Source: Candidatus Aminicenantes bacterium (GTDB lineage: Bacteria > Acidobacteriota > Aminicenantia > Aminicenantales > Saccharicenantaceae). Taken from it: DNA of 64,000 nucleotides. Below the pieces are notes generated by a model. The model made no database searches. It worked only from the letters and a program-made list of their open reading frames with translations, and was not told where the DNA came from. The DNA is taken from contig JBGLNH010000001.1 in assembly GCA_041320535.1 (NCBI GenBank), positions 1,022,253 through 1,086,252 of the forward strand, given 5' to 3'. A program made the translations under genes and the position numbers. Position 1 is the stretch's first letter. Every line of letters starts with the position of its first letter. Of the stretch, positions 31,015 to 41,199 are shown in pieces.

Positions 31015-31469
31015 ACCGGCTCCGCGGCACCGGCACCTCGCTCCCGCCCGGCATCAAGACGATGAGCGTCCCGGTGTTCAAGAACCAGACCACGCGCTTC
31101 GAGCTCGACGTCAGGCTGACCCGGGCCGTCGTCAACGAGCTCGTCGCCCGGGGCAAGGTCGCGATCAGCCCCGACCCGGGGGAGGCTGACGCCGTGCTGG
31201 AAGGCGAGATCACCGGCTTCCGGGCCGTGCCCATCGGCTTCACCGGGGCCAACCAGGCCGACAAGTACAACCTCGTCGTGACCGCCAGGGTCACGCTCCG
31301 GGACCGCCGTTCGGCCGCGCCCCTCTTCGAGAACCCGGCCTTCGTCTATCAGCAGGAATACGACGTGCCGCCGGGCGCGAGCTTCGAATCGCTCGAGTCC
31401 GAGGCCATCGAGAAGATCGCGGAGAAGTTCGCCCGCAGCCTCGTCGCCGCCATCCTGGAGGGGTTCTGA
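31015..31469 (+). CDS. lptE: LptE family lipoprotein, signal peptide and lipobox missing (junction)
   Basis: RLRG..SLPPGIKTMSVPVFKN, ADAVLEGEI; upstream of holA as usual. Confidence 0.72.
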
Positions 31470-31470
31470 G

Positions 31471-32640
31471 ATGGCCGGGCCTCCCGCCGGCGGCCTCCGC
31501 GCGGAGACGCTCCTTCCCGGCTACCTCTTCTACGGCGAAGAGGACCGCCTGGCCGAGGAATTCGTCGAGGAGCTCCGGGAGGTCCTGACGGCCGCCTCGG
31601 GCGGGGAGTTCCGGCTGACGCGCGCGGGCCTCGACGAGACGAAATGGCGGGAGGTCATCGACACGGCCCGGACCGCGCCCTTCCTCTTCGAGCCCTGGCG
31701 GGCCATCGTCGTCCGCGTCCCGGAGAAGGGATCGTCTTCAGGCCGGGGGCAGGACCCGAAGCCCGACGGGGAGGAGGGCCGGACCTCGAAATACCTCACC
31801 GCGACCGACCAGAAGGTCCTGCGCGAGTATTTCGCCGATCCGCTTTCGCGCACGGTCCTGGTCGTCATCCGGGCCGGCAAGGTCCGCCGGGACGACGCCC
31901 TGGTGCGCTTCTTCGCCTCGCTGCCCAAGGCGGTCTTCTCGACGACGGAGATGAAGCGGCTCAGCCCGGCCGCCCTGATGCGCCGGGCCGACGACCGGGC
32001 CCGCCGGCTCGGCAAGACCCTGACCGAGGGCGCGAGGCAGCGGCTCTTCGAGCTCGTCGGCCAGGACCTCCGCCTGACCATGAACGAGATCGACAAGCTG
32101 GCTATCTTCGTCGGCGAGAAGATGGGCATCGAGGAGGAGGACGTCAACCAGGCCACGGCCGGCCAGCGCAGCTTCGAAGGCTACGAGCTCGACGACGCCC
32201 TGGCCGCGGCCGATTTCGCCAAGGCCGCCGCCGTCGTCGGCGACCTGCTCGCGGAGGGGGAACAGCCGGAGAAGACCCTCTACCGCCTGGTCGGGTTCTT
32301 CCGGAGCGTCCTGCTCGCCCGGACCTGGCTCGGCGAAAAGAGCCGGACCAAGGACGAGATCTTCCAGGCGCTCTTCCCCTACATCTCCAAGAATTGGGGA
32401 GACCTCTACCGGAGGAAATCCGGGGACTTCTTCGGGGTCGTGGAGGGGCTCTCGACGGGCGAGCTCAACGCCCTCCTGGCCGGGCTGCGCCGGCTGGACA
32501 AGACCCTCAAGACCACGAGCTCGAGGGGCTACGGCGAGAAGGTCCTCTTCGAGGCCTTCCTGGAGGAGTTCTGCCTGGCGAGGACGAAGAAGCTCGCTAT
32601 TTCGCGGCAGCGGGACCGAGGAGGCCGATCTGGCGGCTGA
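31471..32640 (+). CDS. holA: DNA polymerase III delta subunit
   Basis: YLFYGEE, GQDLRLTMNEIDKLAIF; lptE-holA-rpsT synteny. Confidence 0.82.
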   Translation: MAGPPAGGLRAETLLPGYLFYGEEDRLAEEFVEELREVLTAASGGEFRLTRAGLDETKWREVIDTARTAPFLFEPWRAIVVRVPEKGSSSGRGQDPKPDGEEGRTSKYLTATDQKVLREYFADPLSRTVLVVIRAGKVRRDDALVRFFASLPKAVFSTTEMKRLSPAALMRRADDRARRLGKTLTEGARQRLFELVGQDLRLTMNEIDKLAIFVGEKMGIEEEDVNQATAGQRSFEGYELDDALAAADFAKAAAVVGDLLAEGEQPEKTLYRLVGFFRSVLLARTWLGEKSRTKDEIFQALFPYISKNWGDLYRRKSGDFFGVVEGLSTGELNALLAGLRRLDKTLKTTSSRGYGEKVLFEAFLEEFCLARTKKLAISRQRDRGGRSGG

Positions 32641-32875
32641 GCCGGGATTTGTAGCGGCTCCCGGTGTTCTTCTTGATGGTCCTCTTCTTGACCGACTTGT
32701 CGATCTCCCGGTAGAGGCCGGGGAGCATCTGGGCCGCGGTCTCGCGGTCCTTGGCCTTGATGGCCTCGCGGACCTTGCGCATCTTGGTCCGGAGGGCCGA
32801 TTTCGTCCGGGTGTTGACCGCTTTCCGGCGCAGGCTGCGGCGGTGCTGCTTTATCGCTGATTTGTGACGGGCCAT
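32597..32875 (-). CDS. rpsT: 30S ribosomal protein S20
   Basis: MARHKSAIKQHRRSLRRKAVN..KSALRT..IKKNTGSRYKSRL. Confidence 0.93.
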   Translation of the reverse strand: MARHKSAIKQHRRSLRRKAVNTRTKSALRTKMRKVREAIKAKDRETAAQMLPGLYREIDKSVKKRTIKKNTGSRYKSRLSRQIGLLGPAAAK

Positions 32876-32900
32876 ACTTCTCTCCTCTATGAAGGGGCCT

Positions 32901-32929
32901 ATGATAGAATATCGTGACCCTAAAGTCAA
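32901..32929 (-). promoter_or_regulatory. sigma70 promoter of rpsT
   Basis: TTGACT-N17-TATCAT. Confidence 0.65.
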
Positions 32930-32946
32930 ACCTGGTGCGCTCCCGC

Positions 32947-34530
32947 ATGGAACATGAGGCCCGGAAACACAGTCTGATCCGCTCCACGGCCGCGGTGGCC
33001 GCGCCGACGCTGGCCAGCCGCCTCCTCGGCTATGTCCGCGACCTCCTCCAGGCCTACTACCTCGGCACGGGACACGGCGCCGACGCCTTCACCATCGCCT
33101 TCACCATCCCCAACCTCTTCCGCCGCCTGACGGGGGAGGGGGCGATGACGCCGGCCTTCGTCCCGACGTTCACCGAGCTCAAGCGGGACGGGCCCCGGGG
33201 CGCTCTCTGGTCCTTCGGCAACGTCTTTTTCTGGGACCTGGCCCTGGTCATGGCCGCCGTGACCGCCCTGGGGGTCCTGTTCGCGCCGGGCCTGGTCAAG
33301 GTCATCGCCTACGGCTTCGGCGACGTCGCCGGGAAGTGGGGATCGACCATCTTCATGACCCGGATCATGTTCCCGTACCTCTTCTTCATCACCCTGGCCG
33401 CCCTGGCCTCGGGCATCCTGAACTCCTTCGGCCGCTTCTTCGTGCCGGCCTCGACGCCCATCCTGTTCAACGTCGCCGTCATCGCCGCCGTCGCCGGCTG
33501 GGCGGGGGACAGCCGCGAGCCGGCCCTCGTGTTCGCCGCGGGCGTCGTCGCCGGCGGCATCCTCCAGCTGGCCCTCCAGGTCCCCTTCCTCTGGAAGGAG
33601 GGCATGCGCTTCACGTTCGGCCTGTCCTTCCGGGACCCGGTCGTCCGCCGGGTCGGGCGCCTGATGCTCCCGGGCGTCTTCGGGGCCAGCGTCTACCAGG
33701 TCAACTTCGCCCTGAGCCGGATGTTCGCCTCCGGTCTCGAGAAAGGCAGCGCCTCGGCCCTCTATTACGCCTCGCGGATCGAGGAGCTGACGCTCGGGCT
33801 CTTCTCCATCGCCCTGGCCGCGGCCCTCCTCCCGGCCTTCTCCGAACAGGTCGCCGCCCGGGAGATCGGCGGGATGAAGAGGACGCTGGGCTTCTCGCTC
33901 AAGCTGAGCGCGGTCGTCAGCTTCCCGGCGGCGGCGGGGCTCGTGGCCCTCAGCGTCCCGATCATGCGCACGCTCTTCGAGCGCGGGGCCTTCGACCGGG
34001 AGTCGACCGCGCTCTCCGCGTCCTGCCTGGCGCTCTTCGCCGTCGGCCTGCCGTTCGTCTCCGGGGTCAAGGTCGTCGCCCCGGCCTTCTTCTCGCTCAA
34101 GGACACGCGGACGCCCGTCGCGATCGGCGTCGTCGTCATGGCCGTGAACGCCGCTCTCTCCCTGCTCCTGATGGGCCCCCTCCGGGTGGGCGGGCTGGCC
34201 CTGGCCCTGTCGCTGTCGCAGGCCCTCAACTTCGTCCTCCTTCTCGTCTGGCTCGAGCGCAAGGTCGGGCCGACGGAGCGCCGGAGCTGGCTCGCGGCGG
34301 CGGCCAAGGCGGCGGGCGCGGCGGCCGCGATGGGCGCGGTCCTCCGCCTCGCCTGGCCCGCCCTCGGCGTCGACGGGTCCCCTTTCGCCGTCCGGGCGGC
34401 GGCCCTGTTCGGGGCCATCGTCTCCGGGATCGTCATCTATCTCGGCCTGCTCCGGCTCGTCAGCCCGTCCGATTTCGCCGGCGTCGTCGGGCTCCTGAGG
34501 AAGGCCGCGGCCAAGGAGGGCCCCTCATGA
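32947..34530 (+). CDS. murJ: Lipid II flippase
   Basis: [39 protein letters not shown]; many TM helices. Confidence 0.93.
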   Translation: MEHEARKHSLIRSTAAVAAPTLASRLLGYVRDLLQAYYLGTGHGADAFTIAFTIPNLFRRLTGEGAMTPAFVPTFTELKRDGPRGALWSFGNVFFWDLALVMAAVTALGVLFAPGLVKVIAYGFGDVAGKWGSTIFMTRIMFPYLFFITLAALASGILNSFGRFFVPASTPILFNVAVIAAVAGWAGDSREPALVFAAGVVAGGILQLALQVPFLWKEGMRFTFGLSFRDPVVRRVGRLMLPGVFGASVYQVNFALSRMFASGLEKGSASALYYASRIEELTLGLFSIALAAALLPAFSEQVAAREIGGMKRTLGFSLKLSAVVSFPAAAGLVALSVPIMRTLFERGAFDRESTALSASCLALFAVGLPFVSGVKVVAPAFFSLKDTRTPVAIGVVVMAVNAALSLLLMGPLRVGGLALALSLSQALNFVLLLVWLERKVGPTERRSWLAAAAKAAGAAAAMGAVLRLAWPALGVDGSPFAVRAAALFGAIVSGIVIYLGLLRLVSPSDFAGVVGLLRKAAAKEGPS

Positions 34531-34994
34531 AGATCGTCCTCCAACGGGTCAAGGAGGCGAGCGTCGAGGTCGAGGGCCGGACGGTCGGGCGCGTCGGGCG
34601 GGGCGTCTGCCTGCTCGTCGGCGTCGAGAAGGGCGACGGCGAGGCCGACGCCGATCTCCTGGCCCGCAAGGCCGTCGAGCTGCGCGTCTTCCCCGACGCC
34701 CAGGGCCGGATGAACCTCCCTCTCGGCGCGGTCGGCGGAGAGGTCCTGGCCGTCTCCCAGTTCACGCTGGCCGCCTCGGTCCGCAAGGGCCGCCGGCCGA
34801 GCTTCGACGGGGCGGAGGTGCCCGACAGGGCGGAGGAGCTCTTCCGCTATTTCGTCGGCGCCGTCCGGGCCCTCGGCGTCGCCGTCGAGACGGGGGTCTT
34901 CCAGGCCCTGATGGAGGTCCGCATCGTCAACGACGGGCCGGTGACCTTCATCCTCGATTCGAGGAAGGACGCCCCGGCGCGGGACGAGGGGTGA
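34527..34994 (+). CDS. dtd: D-aminoacyl-tRNA deacylase
   Basis: [30 protein letters not shown]. Confidence 0.95.
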   Translation: MKIVLQRVKEASVEVEGRTVGRVGRGVCLLVGVEKGDGEADADLLARKAVELRVFPDAQGRMNLPLGAVGGEVLAVSQFTLAASVRKGRRPSFDGAEVPDRAEELFRYFVGAVRALGVAVETGVFQALMEVRIVNDGPVTFILDSRKDAPARDEG

Positions 34995-35148
34995 GACGGG
35001 CCCGGTTTTCTCACCTTTGGAGGGGAGGGAAGGGGCCCGAAAATCACCCCCCGATTCCCCGGGCCGGGCCATGCCCGGCCCCGAGGGAAAGCTCTAGGAT
35101 CGGCGTGGGCGGACCGCGGAGGCGTAGCCCGTCCGGGAGTCGAGCTTT

Positions 35149-37122
35149 ATGCCCATGAGCCGTTTCGTCGTCCGGAAGGAGGTCTCGAGCCTGCCCCGCC
35201 TTCCCCTGCGCGGCACGCTCGATCTGACCTACCGCTGCGGCAACGACTGCCGCCACTGCTGGCTGAGGCTCGCTCCGGACGCCCCGGAGGCCGCCGCGGA
35301 GCTCACGCTCGACGAGATCCGCGGGATCGTCGACGGGGCCCGGGCCCTGGGCTGCCGCGAGTGGGCCCTCTCGGGCGGCGAGCCCCTGCTCCGGCCCGAT
35401 TTCCCGGAGATCTTCGAGGCGGTCACCGGGCGGTCGGCCTGGTACACCCTGAACACGAACGGCGGGCTGATCACGCCGCGGACCGCGGCCATGCTGCGGC
35501 GGAAGGGCGCCAAGCTCGTCGCCCTGTACGGCGCCACGGCCGCGGTCCACGACGCCGTCACCCGGAACCCCGGCTCCTTCGAGGCCCTCGTCCGGGGCGT
35601 CGCCTACCTCCGGGAGGCCGGGGCGGGCTTCACCGTCCAGGTCGTGCCCATGAGGACGAACATCGGCGAGTTCGAGGCCATGGTCCGGCTGGCCGAGTCT
35701 TGGAGCCCGAGCTGGAGGATCGGCGCGACGTGGCTGTATCTCTCCGCCTCCGGCGACCCCGTCAAGAACCGGGAGATCGCGGCCGAGCGGCTCGATCCGG
35801 CCCAGGTCGTGTCGCTCGACCGGGTCGCGGGCGGGGGCCCTGTCGAGCTCGGCGGGGACGGAGAGCCGTCTTGCGCCTCGGCCGCGCCGGGCGGCCTCTA
35901 CGCGGCCTGCCTGGCCGGACGGCGCGACTTTCACGTCGATCCCTACGGCGGGCTGAGCTTCTGCTCGTTCGTCAAGGACCCCGCGCTGCGCGTCGACCTG
36001 CGCCGGACCGGGCTCGCCGAGGCCTGGGAGGACCGGTTGCCGCGCCTCGCCGCGGCCGTCGCGCCGTCCGCGGGCTACGCCGGCGGCTGCGGCGCCTGCG
36101 AGCTCCGCTCCGACTGCAAGTGGTGCCCGGTCTACGCCTATCTCGAAACGCGCGACCACTCGTCGAGGATCGAGAGCCTCTGCGCCGTCGCCCGCGAGAC
36201 GCGCCGCGTCCGGGAGGACTGGCTCCTCTCCCACCGCCGGCGCTTCCGCCTCGCCGGGATCGCGGTCGACGTCGAGGCCGACCTGCCCATCGGAGAGGGC
36301 ACGTTCGCCCCCAAGTTCGGGCCCTTCCGGGCCCCCGTCGACGGCCCGGCCGCGATCGTCCTCCACCATCACTTCGCGCTCCCGGACCGGCTCGACGCCC
36401 GCTCCCTGGGCCGCGAGGTCCATCGCCGGCCTCCGTGGGCGGTCTACCGCAAGGGGGATTCCTGGATCTACGTGATGATCCCGCCCGACCCGGCGGACGG
36501 CACGGTCCACCGCGTCATGGTCTTCGACGACGGGCACACCCGCGGGCACATCTACAGCCCGTCGGAGGAGCTCTTCCGGCGGGGCGGGCACGACTCGCTG
36601 GCCCTGCTGCCGTCGGACCAGCTCATTTTGGCCCGGGCCCTCCCGGCCTTCGGCGGCGTCTTCGTCCACGCCTCGGCGGTGGACATGGACGGGCACGGGC
36701 TCCTCTTCGCGGGGGCCTCGGAGGCGGGCAAGTCGACGATCGTCAAGCTGATCGGGGAGCGGGCCAAGGTCCTCTGCGACGACCGCGTCGTCGTCCGCAG
36801 GCACGACGGCGGCTTCCGCGTCCACGGCACATGGAACCACGGAGAGGTCACCCGCGTCTCGCCGGGCTCGGCCCCGCTCAGGGCGGTGTTCTTCCTGAGG
36901 CAGGCGGCCGCCAACCGCGCCGACCGGGTCAGCGGGCCCCGGGCCATCCTGCGGGACTTCCTGCCCCGGATCGTCCGGCCGCTCGTCTCGGCCGATTGGT
37001 GGGAGCGGGCCCTCGGCCTGGCCGAGGAGATCGTCCGCGAGGTCCCGTTCTACGATCTGTCCTTCGACAAGAGCGGCGCCGTCGCCGGCGTCCTCGGGGA
37101 TCTCCTGGAGGCGCGGGAATGA
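35149..37122 (+). CDS. Radical SAM/SPASM enzyme fused to a C-terminal HprK-like P-loop kinase domain
   Basis: CGNDCRHC, GGEPLLR, SPASM CGACELRSDCKWCP; C-terminal HASAV, GASEAGKST (Walker A), CDDR. Confidence 0.85.
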   Translation: MPMSRFVVRKEVSSLPRLPLRGTLDLTYRCGNDCRHCWLRLAPDAPEAAAELTLDEIRGIVDGARALGCREWALSGGEPLLRPDFPEIFEAVTGRSAWYTLNTNGGLITPRTAAMLRRKGAKLVALYGATAAVHDAVTRNPGSFEALVRGVAYLREAGAGFTVQVVPMRTNIGEFEAMVRLAESWSPSWRIGATWLYLSASGDPVKNREIAAERLDPAQVVSLDRVAGGGPVELGGDGEPSCASAAPGGLYAACLAGRRDFHVDPYGGLSFCSFVKDPALRVDLRRTGLAEAWEDRLPRLAAAVAPSAGYAGGCGACELRSDCKWCPVYAYLETRDHSSRIESLCAVARETRRVREDWLLSHRRRFRLAGIAVDVEADLPIGEGTFAPKFGPFRAPVDGPAAIVLHHHFALPDRLDARSLGREVHRRPPWAVYRKGDSWIYVMIPPDPADGTVHRVMVFDDGHTRGHIYSPSEELFRRGGHDSLALLPSDQLILARALPAFGGVFVHASAVDMDGHGLLFAGASEAGKSTIVKLIGERAKVLCDDRVVVRRHDGGFRVHGTWNHGEVTRVSPGSAPLRAVFFLRQAAANRADRVSGPRAILRDFLPRIVRPLVSADWWERALGLAEEIVREVPFYDLSFDKSGAVAGVLGDLLEARE

Positions 37123-38300
37123 CCGCCGCGAGTAGGTCCTACGTGAGGAAGGTCCCCTCGGGCCGGGACGGCCTGTGGGCGTCCGGCGGCCCGCCGCTCA
37201 CGCGGCTCGACATCGAGCTCACCGAGCGCTGCGACAACGATTGCCTCCACTGCTCGGTCAACCTTCCGGCCGGAGACGCCGGGGCCCGGGCCCGGGAATG
37301 GACCGCCGGCCGGTGGAAGGCGCTCCTCGACGAGGCGGCGGCGCTCGGGGCGCTCGTCGTCCGGCTGACCGGCGGCGAGCCGCTCCTGCGCGACGATTTC
37401 GGGGAGATCTACCTCCACGCGAGGGGGCTCGGCCTGAGGGTGATGCTCTTCACCAACGCGACGCTCGTGACGCCGCCGCTGGCCCGGCTCCTCCGGGACG
37501 TGCCCCCGCTCGAAGCGGTCGAGGTCTCAGTCTACGGGCTGACCGAGGGGACGTACGAGGCCGTGACCCGGAGGCCCGGATCGTTCGCCGCGTTCCGGCG
37601 GGGGTTCGAGCTCCTCCGCGGCCATGGCGTCCCCCTCGTGGTCAAGGGGGCCGTGCTCCCTCCGACCCGTCACGAGATGGACGCCTTCGAAGCCTGGGCG
37701 GCCGGGCTCGGCGGGAGCTCCGCCCGGCCCTCCTTCGCCCAGCTCTTCGACCTGCGGTCGCGGCGGGACGGGGACAAGAACGCCCTCATCGCCGCGCTGA
37801 GGATCGGCGGAGACGAGTTCGTCGCCCTCGCCCGGCGTCACGGGGAGGCGGCCGTCGAGGAGTGGCGGGAGTACTGCGCCCGCGCTTGCGCCCCCCGCGG
37901 CGACCGGCTGTTCACCTGCCTGCCGGCGGGCGGTTCGGCCGCGATCGACCCGTACGGCCGTCTTCAGTACTGCCTGGGACTGCGCCATCCGGCGACGGTC
38001 CTCGATCTCGACGCCGCCTCGCTCCGGACGGCCGTCGCGGATTTCCTGCCGCGCGTCCGGGCCATGCGGGCCGCGGACCCGGCCTATCTCGAGCGCTGCG
38101 GCCGGTGTTTTCTCAAGGGGCTCTGCGAACAGTGCCCGGCGAAATCCTGGGCCGAGCACGGCACGCTGGACACGCCGGTCGAATATCTCTGCGGCCTCGC
38201 CCACGCCCAGGCGGCGGCCGCGGGAATGCTCCGTCCGGGGGAGAAGGCCTGGACCGTCGCCGACGGTGAGGAACGGGCGGGAAGAAAAGGAGCGCCATGA
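37119..38300 (+). CDS. Radical SAM/SPASM maturase 2
   Basis: CDNDCLHC, GGEPLLR, FTNATL, CGRCFLKGLCEQCP; ATGA overlaps with both neighbours. Confidence 0.88.
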   Translation: MTAASRSYVRKVPSGRDGLWASGGPPLTRLDIELTERCDNDCLHCSVNLPAGDAGARAREWTAGRWKALLDEAAALGALVVRLTGGEPLLRDDFGEIYLHARGLGLRVMLFTNATLVTPPLARLLRDVPPLEAVEVSVYGLTEGTYEAVTRRPGSFAAFRRGFELLRGHGVPLVVKGAVLPPTRHEMDAFEAWAAGLGGSSARPSFAQLFDLRSRRDGDKNALIAALRIGGDEFVALARRHGEAAVEEWREYCARACAPRGDRLFTCLPAGGSAAIDPYGRLQYCLGLRHPATVLDLDAASLRTAVADFLPRVRAMRAADPAYLERCGRCFLKGLCEQCPAKSWAEHGTLDTPVEYLCGLAHAQAAAAGMLRPGEKAWTVADGEERAGRKGAP

Positions 38301-38602
38301 CCGCGAAGATCGATCTCGGCAAGGTTTACGGCCCGTCCGACGACGTCGTCGTCCGGGAGATCGAGGGGGAGATCGTCATCGTCCCCCTGGCCTCGGGCAT
38401 CGGCGACCTGGAGGACGAGCTCTTCACGCTGAACGAGACGGGCCGGGACATCTGGGCCAAGGTCGACGGGACGCGGCCGCTTGGGGCAGTCATCCGCGAT
38501 CTCGTCGCCGATTACGAGGCCCCCGAAGGGCTGGTCGAGGAGGACGTCGAGGGTTTCCTCCAGGAGCTCCTCGACCGCGGGATGATCGTCGAGAGGGGCT
38601 GA
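38297..38602 (+). CDS. PqqD-family RiPP recognition element
   Basis: VVVREIEGEIVIVP, FTLNETGRDIW, DG, FLQELLDRGMI. Confidence 0.88.
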   Translation: MTAKIDLGKVYGPSDDVVVREIEGEIVIVPLASGIGDLEDELFTLNETGRDIWAKVDGTRPLGAVIRDLVADYEAPEGLVEEDVEGFLQELLDRGMIVERG

Positions 38603-38607
38603 CCGCG

Positions 38608-38886
38608 ATGGCCGATTCTCCCCGCCGCCCCGCCGCCGCCGGCGATCTCCCCCTTCCGGGAGAGGCCCTGGCCGGGCTGATGGCGGCGGTCCTCGGGAAG
38701 GGCCTGCCTTTCCGTTTCGAGGCCCGCGGGGAGAGCATGCACCCGGCCATACGGCACGGGGACGTCGTCACGGTCGCCCCGGTCGCCGGCCGCGCGCCCA
38801 GGGCGGGCGACGTCGTCGCCTTCATCCATCCCGGGACTGGCGGGGTCCGCGTCCATAGGATCTTGGCCCTCGAGCGGGGTTCCTAG
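38608..38886 (+). CDS. S24/S26-family peptidase (Ser-His), 3'-truncated at a junction
   Basis: RGESMHPAIRHGD, GDVVAF, VHRI; the expected GDN motif is missing. Confidence 0.75.
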   Translation: MADSPRRPAAAGDLPLPGEALAGLMAAVLGKGLPFRFEARGESMHPAIRHGDVVTVAPVAGRAPRAGDVVAFIHPGTGGVRVHRILALERGS

Positions 38887-39530
38887 TCGAAGACCGGGAC
38901 GGGACTGTCCTTATCCTTGATGAGGAGCGGGATCTCCGTACAGCCCAGGATGACGCCCTGGGCCCCGCGGCGCTTCAGCTCTTCGATGATCGCGACGTAC
39001 GTCCGCCGCGACTCGTCCCGGATCGTGCCGTGGGCGAGCTCAGTGTAGATGACGTCGTGAACGGCCGTCCGGCCCGGCTCCTCGGGGATGAGAACCTCGA
39101 GGCCGTGCTCCTTTTCGAGCCGTCCCCTGTAGAAATCGAGCTCCATGGTGTAGCGGGTCCCGAGCAGGGCGACCGTCGAGAGGCCGGCCTTCTTGATGGC
39201 CGCGGCGGTCGCGTCGGCGATATGAAGGAAGGGGATGCCGACCGCTGCCGTTATGTCGCCGGTCAGCCGGTGCATCTTGTTGGTGCAGAGGACGAGCCCC
39301 TCCGCGCCGGCCTTCTCGAGCGTCCGGGCCGCCCCGGCCATGAGGCGGCCCATGGCCTCCCAGTCGCCGCTCCCCTGCAACCGCTCGACCGGCTCGAAAT
39401 CGACCGAGAGCATGACGATCTCGGCCGAATGCGAGCCGCCCAAGCGCTCATGGACCCCCTCGTTGATGAGCCGGTAGTAGTCGACGGTCGAGTGCCAGGT
39501 CATGCCTCCGATGAGCCCCAGTGTCCGCAT
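38883..39530 (-). CDS. Aspartate/glutamate (amino-acid) racemase, last residues missing
   Basis: [29 protein letters not shown]; ends at PVFD, where TT..H normally follows. Confidence 0.88.
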   Translation of the reverse strand: MRTLGLIGGMTWHSTVDYYRLINEGVHERLGGSHSAEIVMLSVDFEPVERLQGSGDWEAMGRLMAGAARTLEKAGAEGLVLCTNKMHRLTGDITAAVGIPFLHIADATAAAIKKAGLSTVALLGTRYTMELDFYRGRLEKEHGLEVLIPEEPGRTAVHDVIYTELAHGTIRDESRRTYVAIIEELKRRGAQGVILGCTEIPLLIKDKDSPVPVFD

Positions 39531-39665
39531 GGTCTCCTCCCCTAGCCTGGATTATTCACGAGCTGAGGCGGCTGCATATGCGAGGCGTCAAAGGCGAAGC
39601 TGTACTCGGAGTACTGCGAGCCCTTTGCAACGAAGCAGATGCGGCCGGATCGGCTTGCCCGAAGG

Positions 39666-39732
39666 GTGAAAACGCCGGTTTTATTTTTTGGGTGCTGAAG
39701 GAGAAATGCGGCGTTTTCATGAACAGTCCAGG
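39666..39732. repeat. Dispersed inverted-repeat element family B, copy 1 (immediately after rho stop)
   Basis: Minus strand CCTGGAC...GAAAACGCCGC-N30-CGGCGTTTTCAC; same arms at 60730-60794. Confidence 0.7.
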
Positions 39733-41145
39733 CTACAGGCCCTTGGTCATGGCGTTGAGGAAGTCCTGGTTGGTCTTCGTCTTTCCGAGCTTGTCGATCA
39801 GGAGCTCGACGGCCTCGACCTCGTTCATCTGGCTGAGGACCTTGCGCAGGACCCAGATGCGGTTGAGGTCGGCCTCCTCGATGAGCAGCTCCTCCTTGCG
39901 GGTGCCGGAGCGGCTCATATCGATGGCCGGGAAGACGCGCTTGTCGACCAGCCGGCGGTCGAGGTTGATCTCCATGTTGCCGGTGCCCTTGAACTCCTCG
40001 AAGATGACCTCGTCCATGCGGCTCCCGGTGTCGACCAGGGCCGTGGCCAGGATGGTCAGCGAGCCGCCCTCCTCGATCTTGCGGGCCGAGCCGAAGAACT
40101 TCTTGGGCTTGTGCAGGGCGTTGGCGTCGATGCCGCCCGACAGGACCTTGCCCGAGGGCGGGACGATGGCGTTGTGGGCCCTGGCCAGCCGGGTGATCGA
40201 ATCCAGGAGGATGACGACGTCCCGCTTGATCTCGACCAGGCGCTTGGCCTTCTCCAGGACGATGTTGGCGACCTGGGCGTTGCGGGTCGGCGGCTCGTCG
40301 AAGGTCGAGGCGACGACCTCGCCGTTGACGCTGCGCTTGAAGTCCGTGACCTCCTCGGGCCGCTCGGCGATGAGCAGCACGATGAGGAAGATCTCGGGGT
40401 GGTTCTTCTCGATGGACTTGGCGATCGTCTTGAGGATGGTCGTCTTGCCGGCCCGCGGCGGCGAGACGATGAGGCCGCGCTGGCCCTTGCCGACGGGCGT
40501 CAGGAGCTCCATGACCCGGGCGTTCATGTTCTTGGGGTTGCCGTCCTGGAGCTTGATCATCTCGAACGGATAGAGGGGCGTCAGGGCCTCGAAATGGACG
40601 TTCCGGCGCATCTCGATGATGACGTCGGGGTGGAGGAAGTTGACGGCCTCGATCTTGATCAGGGCGAAGTACTTCTCGCCGTTCTTGGGAGCGCGGACGA
40701 CGCCCGAGATCGTGTCGCCCGTCCGCAGCTGGAACTTGCGGATCTGGGAGGGAGAGACGTAGATGTCGTCCTGGCTGGGCAGGTAGCTGAATTCCGGGGC
40801 GCGGAGGAAGCCGAACCCGTCCTCCAGGCACTCCAGGACGCCCTCCGAGAAGAGCAGGCCCTGCTTCTTGGCCTGGGCCTCCAGGATCTTGAAGACGAGG
40901 TGGTGCCGGCTCGAGCCTTCGATGTCGTCGTCGGCCAAGCCGACCGCCGAGGCGACGGCCTCGAGCCCGTCGTTGTCCTTGGCCTCGAGGTCGATGAGGT
41001 TGAACTCCCGGTTGACGGCGGCGGCCTCGGCGGCTTCCGCCCGCTCGGCCCGCTCGGCCCGCTCGGCGCGTTCAGCGCGCTCGGCGGCGGCCCGGTCGGA
41101 TCTGTCGGCCCTGTTGTTGTCGTTCCGTTTCACCATGTGTGGCAT
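39733..41145 (-). CDS. rho: Transcription termination factor Rho (alternative start 41136)
   Basis: [52 protein letters not shown]. Confidence 0.96.
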   Translation of the reverse strand: MPHMVKRNDNNRADRSDRAAAERAERAERAERAERAEAAEAAAVNREFNLIDLEAKDNDGLEAVASAVGLADDDIEGSSRHHLVFKILEAQAKKQGLLFSEGVLECLEDGFGFLRAPEFSYLPSQDDIYVSPSQIRKFQLRTGDTISGVVRAPKNGEKYFALIKIEAVNFLHPDVIIEMRRNVHFEALTPLYPFEMIKLQDGNPKNMNARVMELLTPVGKGQRGLIVSPPRAGKTTILKTIAKSIEKNHPEIFLIVLLIAERPEEVTDFKRSVNGEVVASTFDEPPTRNAQVANIVLEKAKRLVEIKRDVVILLDSITRLARAHNAIVPPSGKVLSGGIDANALHKPKKFFGSARKIEEGGSLTILATALVDTGSRMDEVIFEEFKGTGNMEINLDRRLVDKRVFPAIDMSRSGTRKEELLIEEADLNRIWVLRKVLSQMNEVEAVELLIDKLGKTKTNQDFLNAMTKGL

Positions 41146-41199
41146 TCTCCCAAGAGGATTATTGGCGGTCTTACGCGGATACTGCGGTCGTTGCGGCTC

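Noticed and set aside
32597-32640. 44-bp convergent overlap of holA and rpsT
   Set aside because: A short 3' overlap from a C-terminal extension is ordinary in GC-rich genomes.
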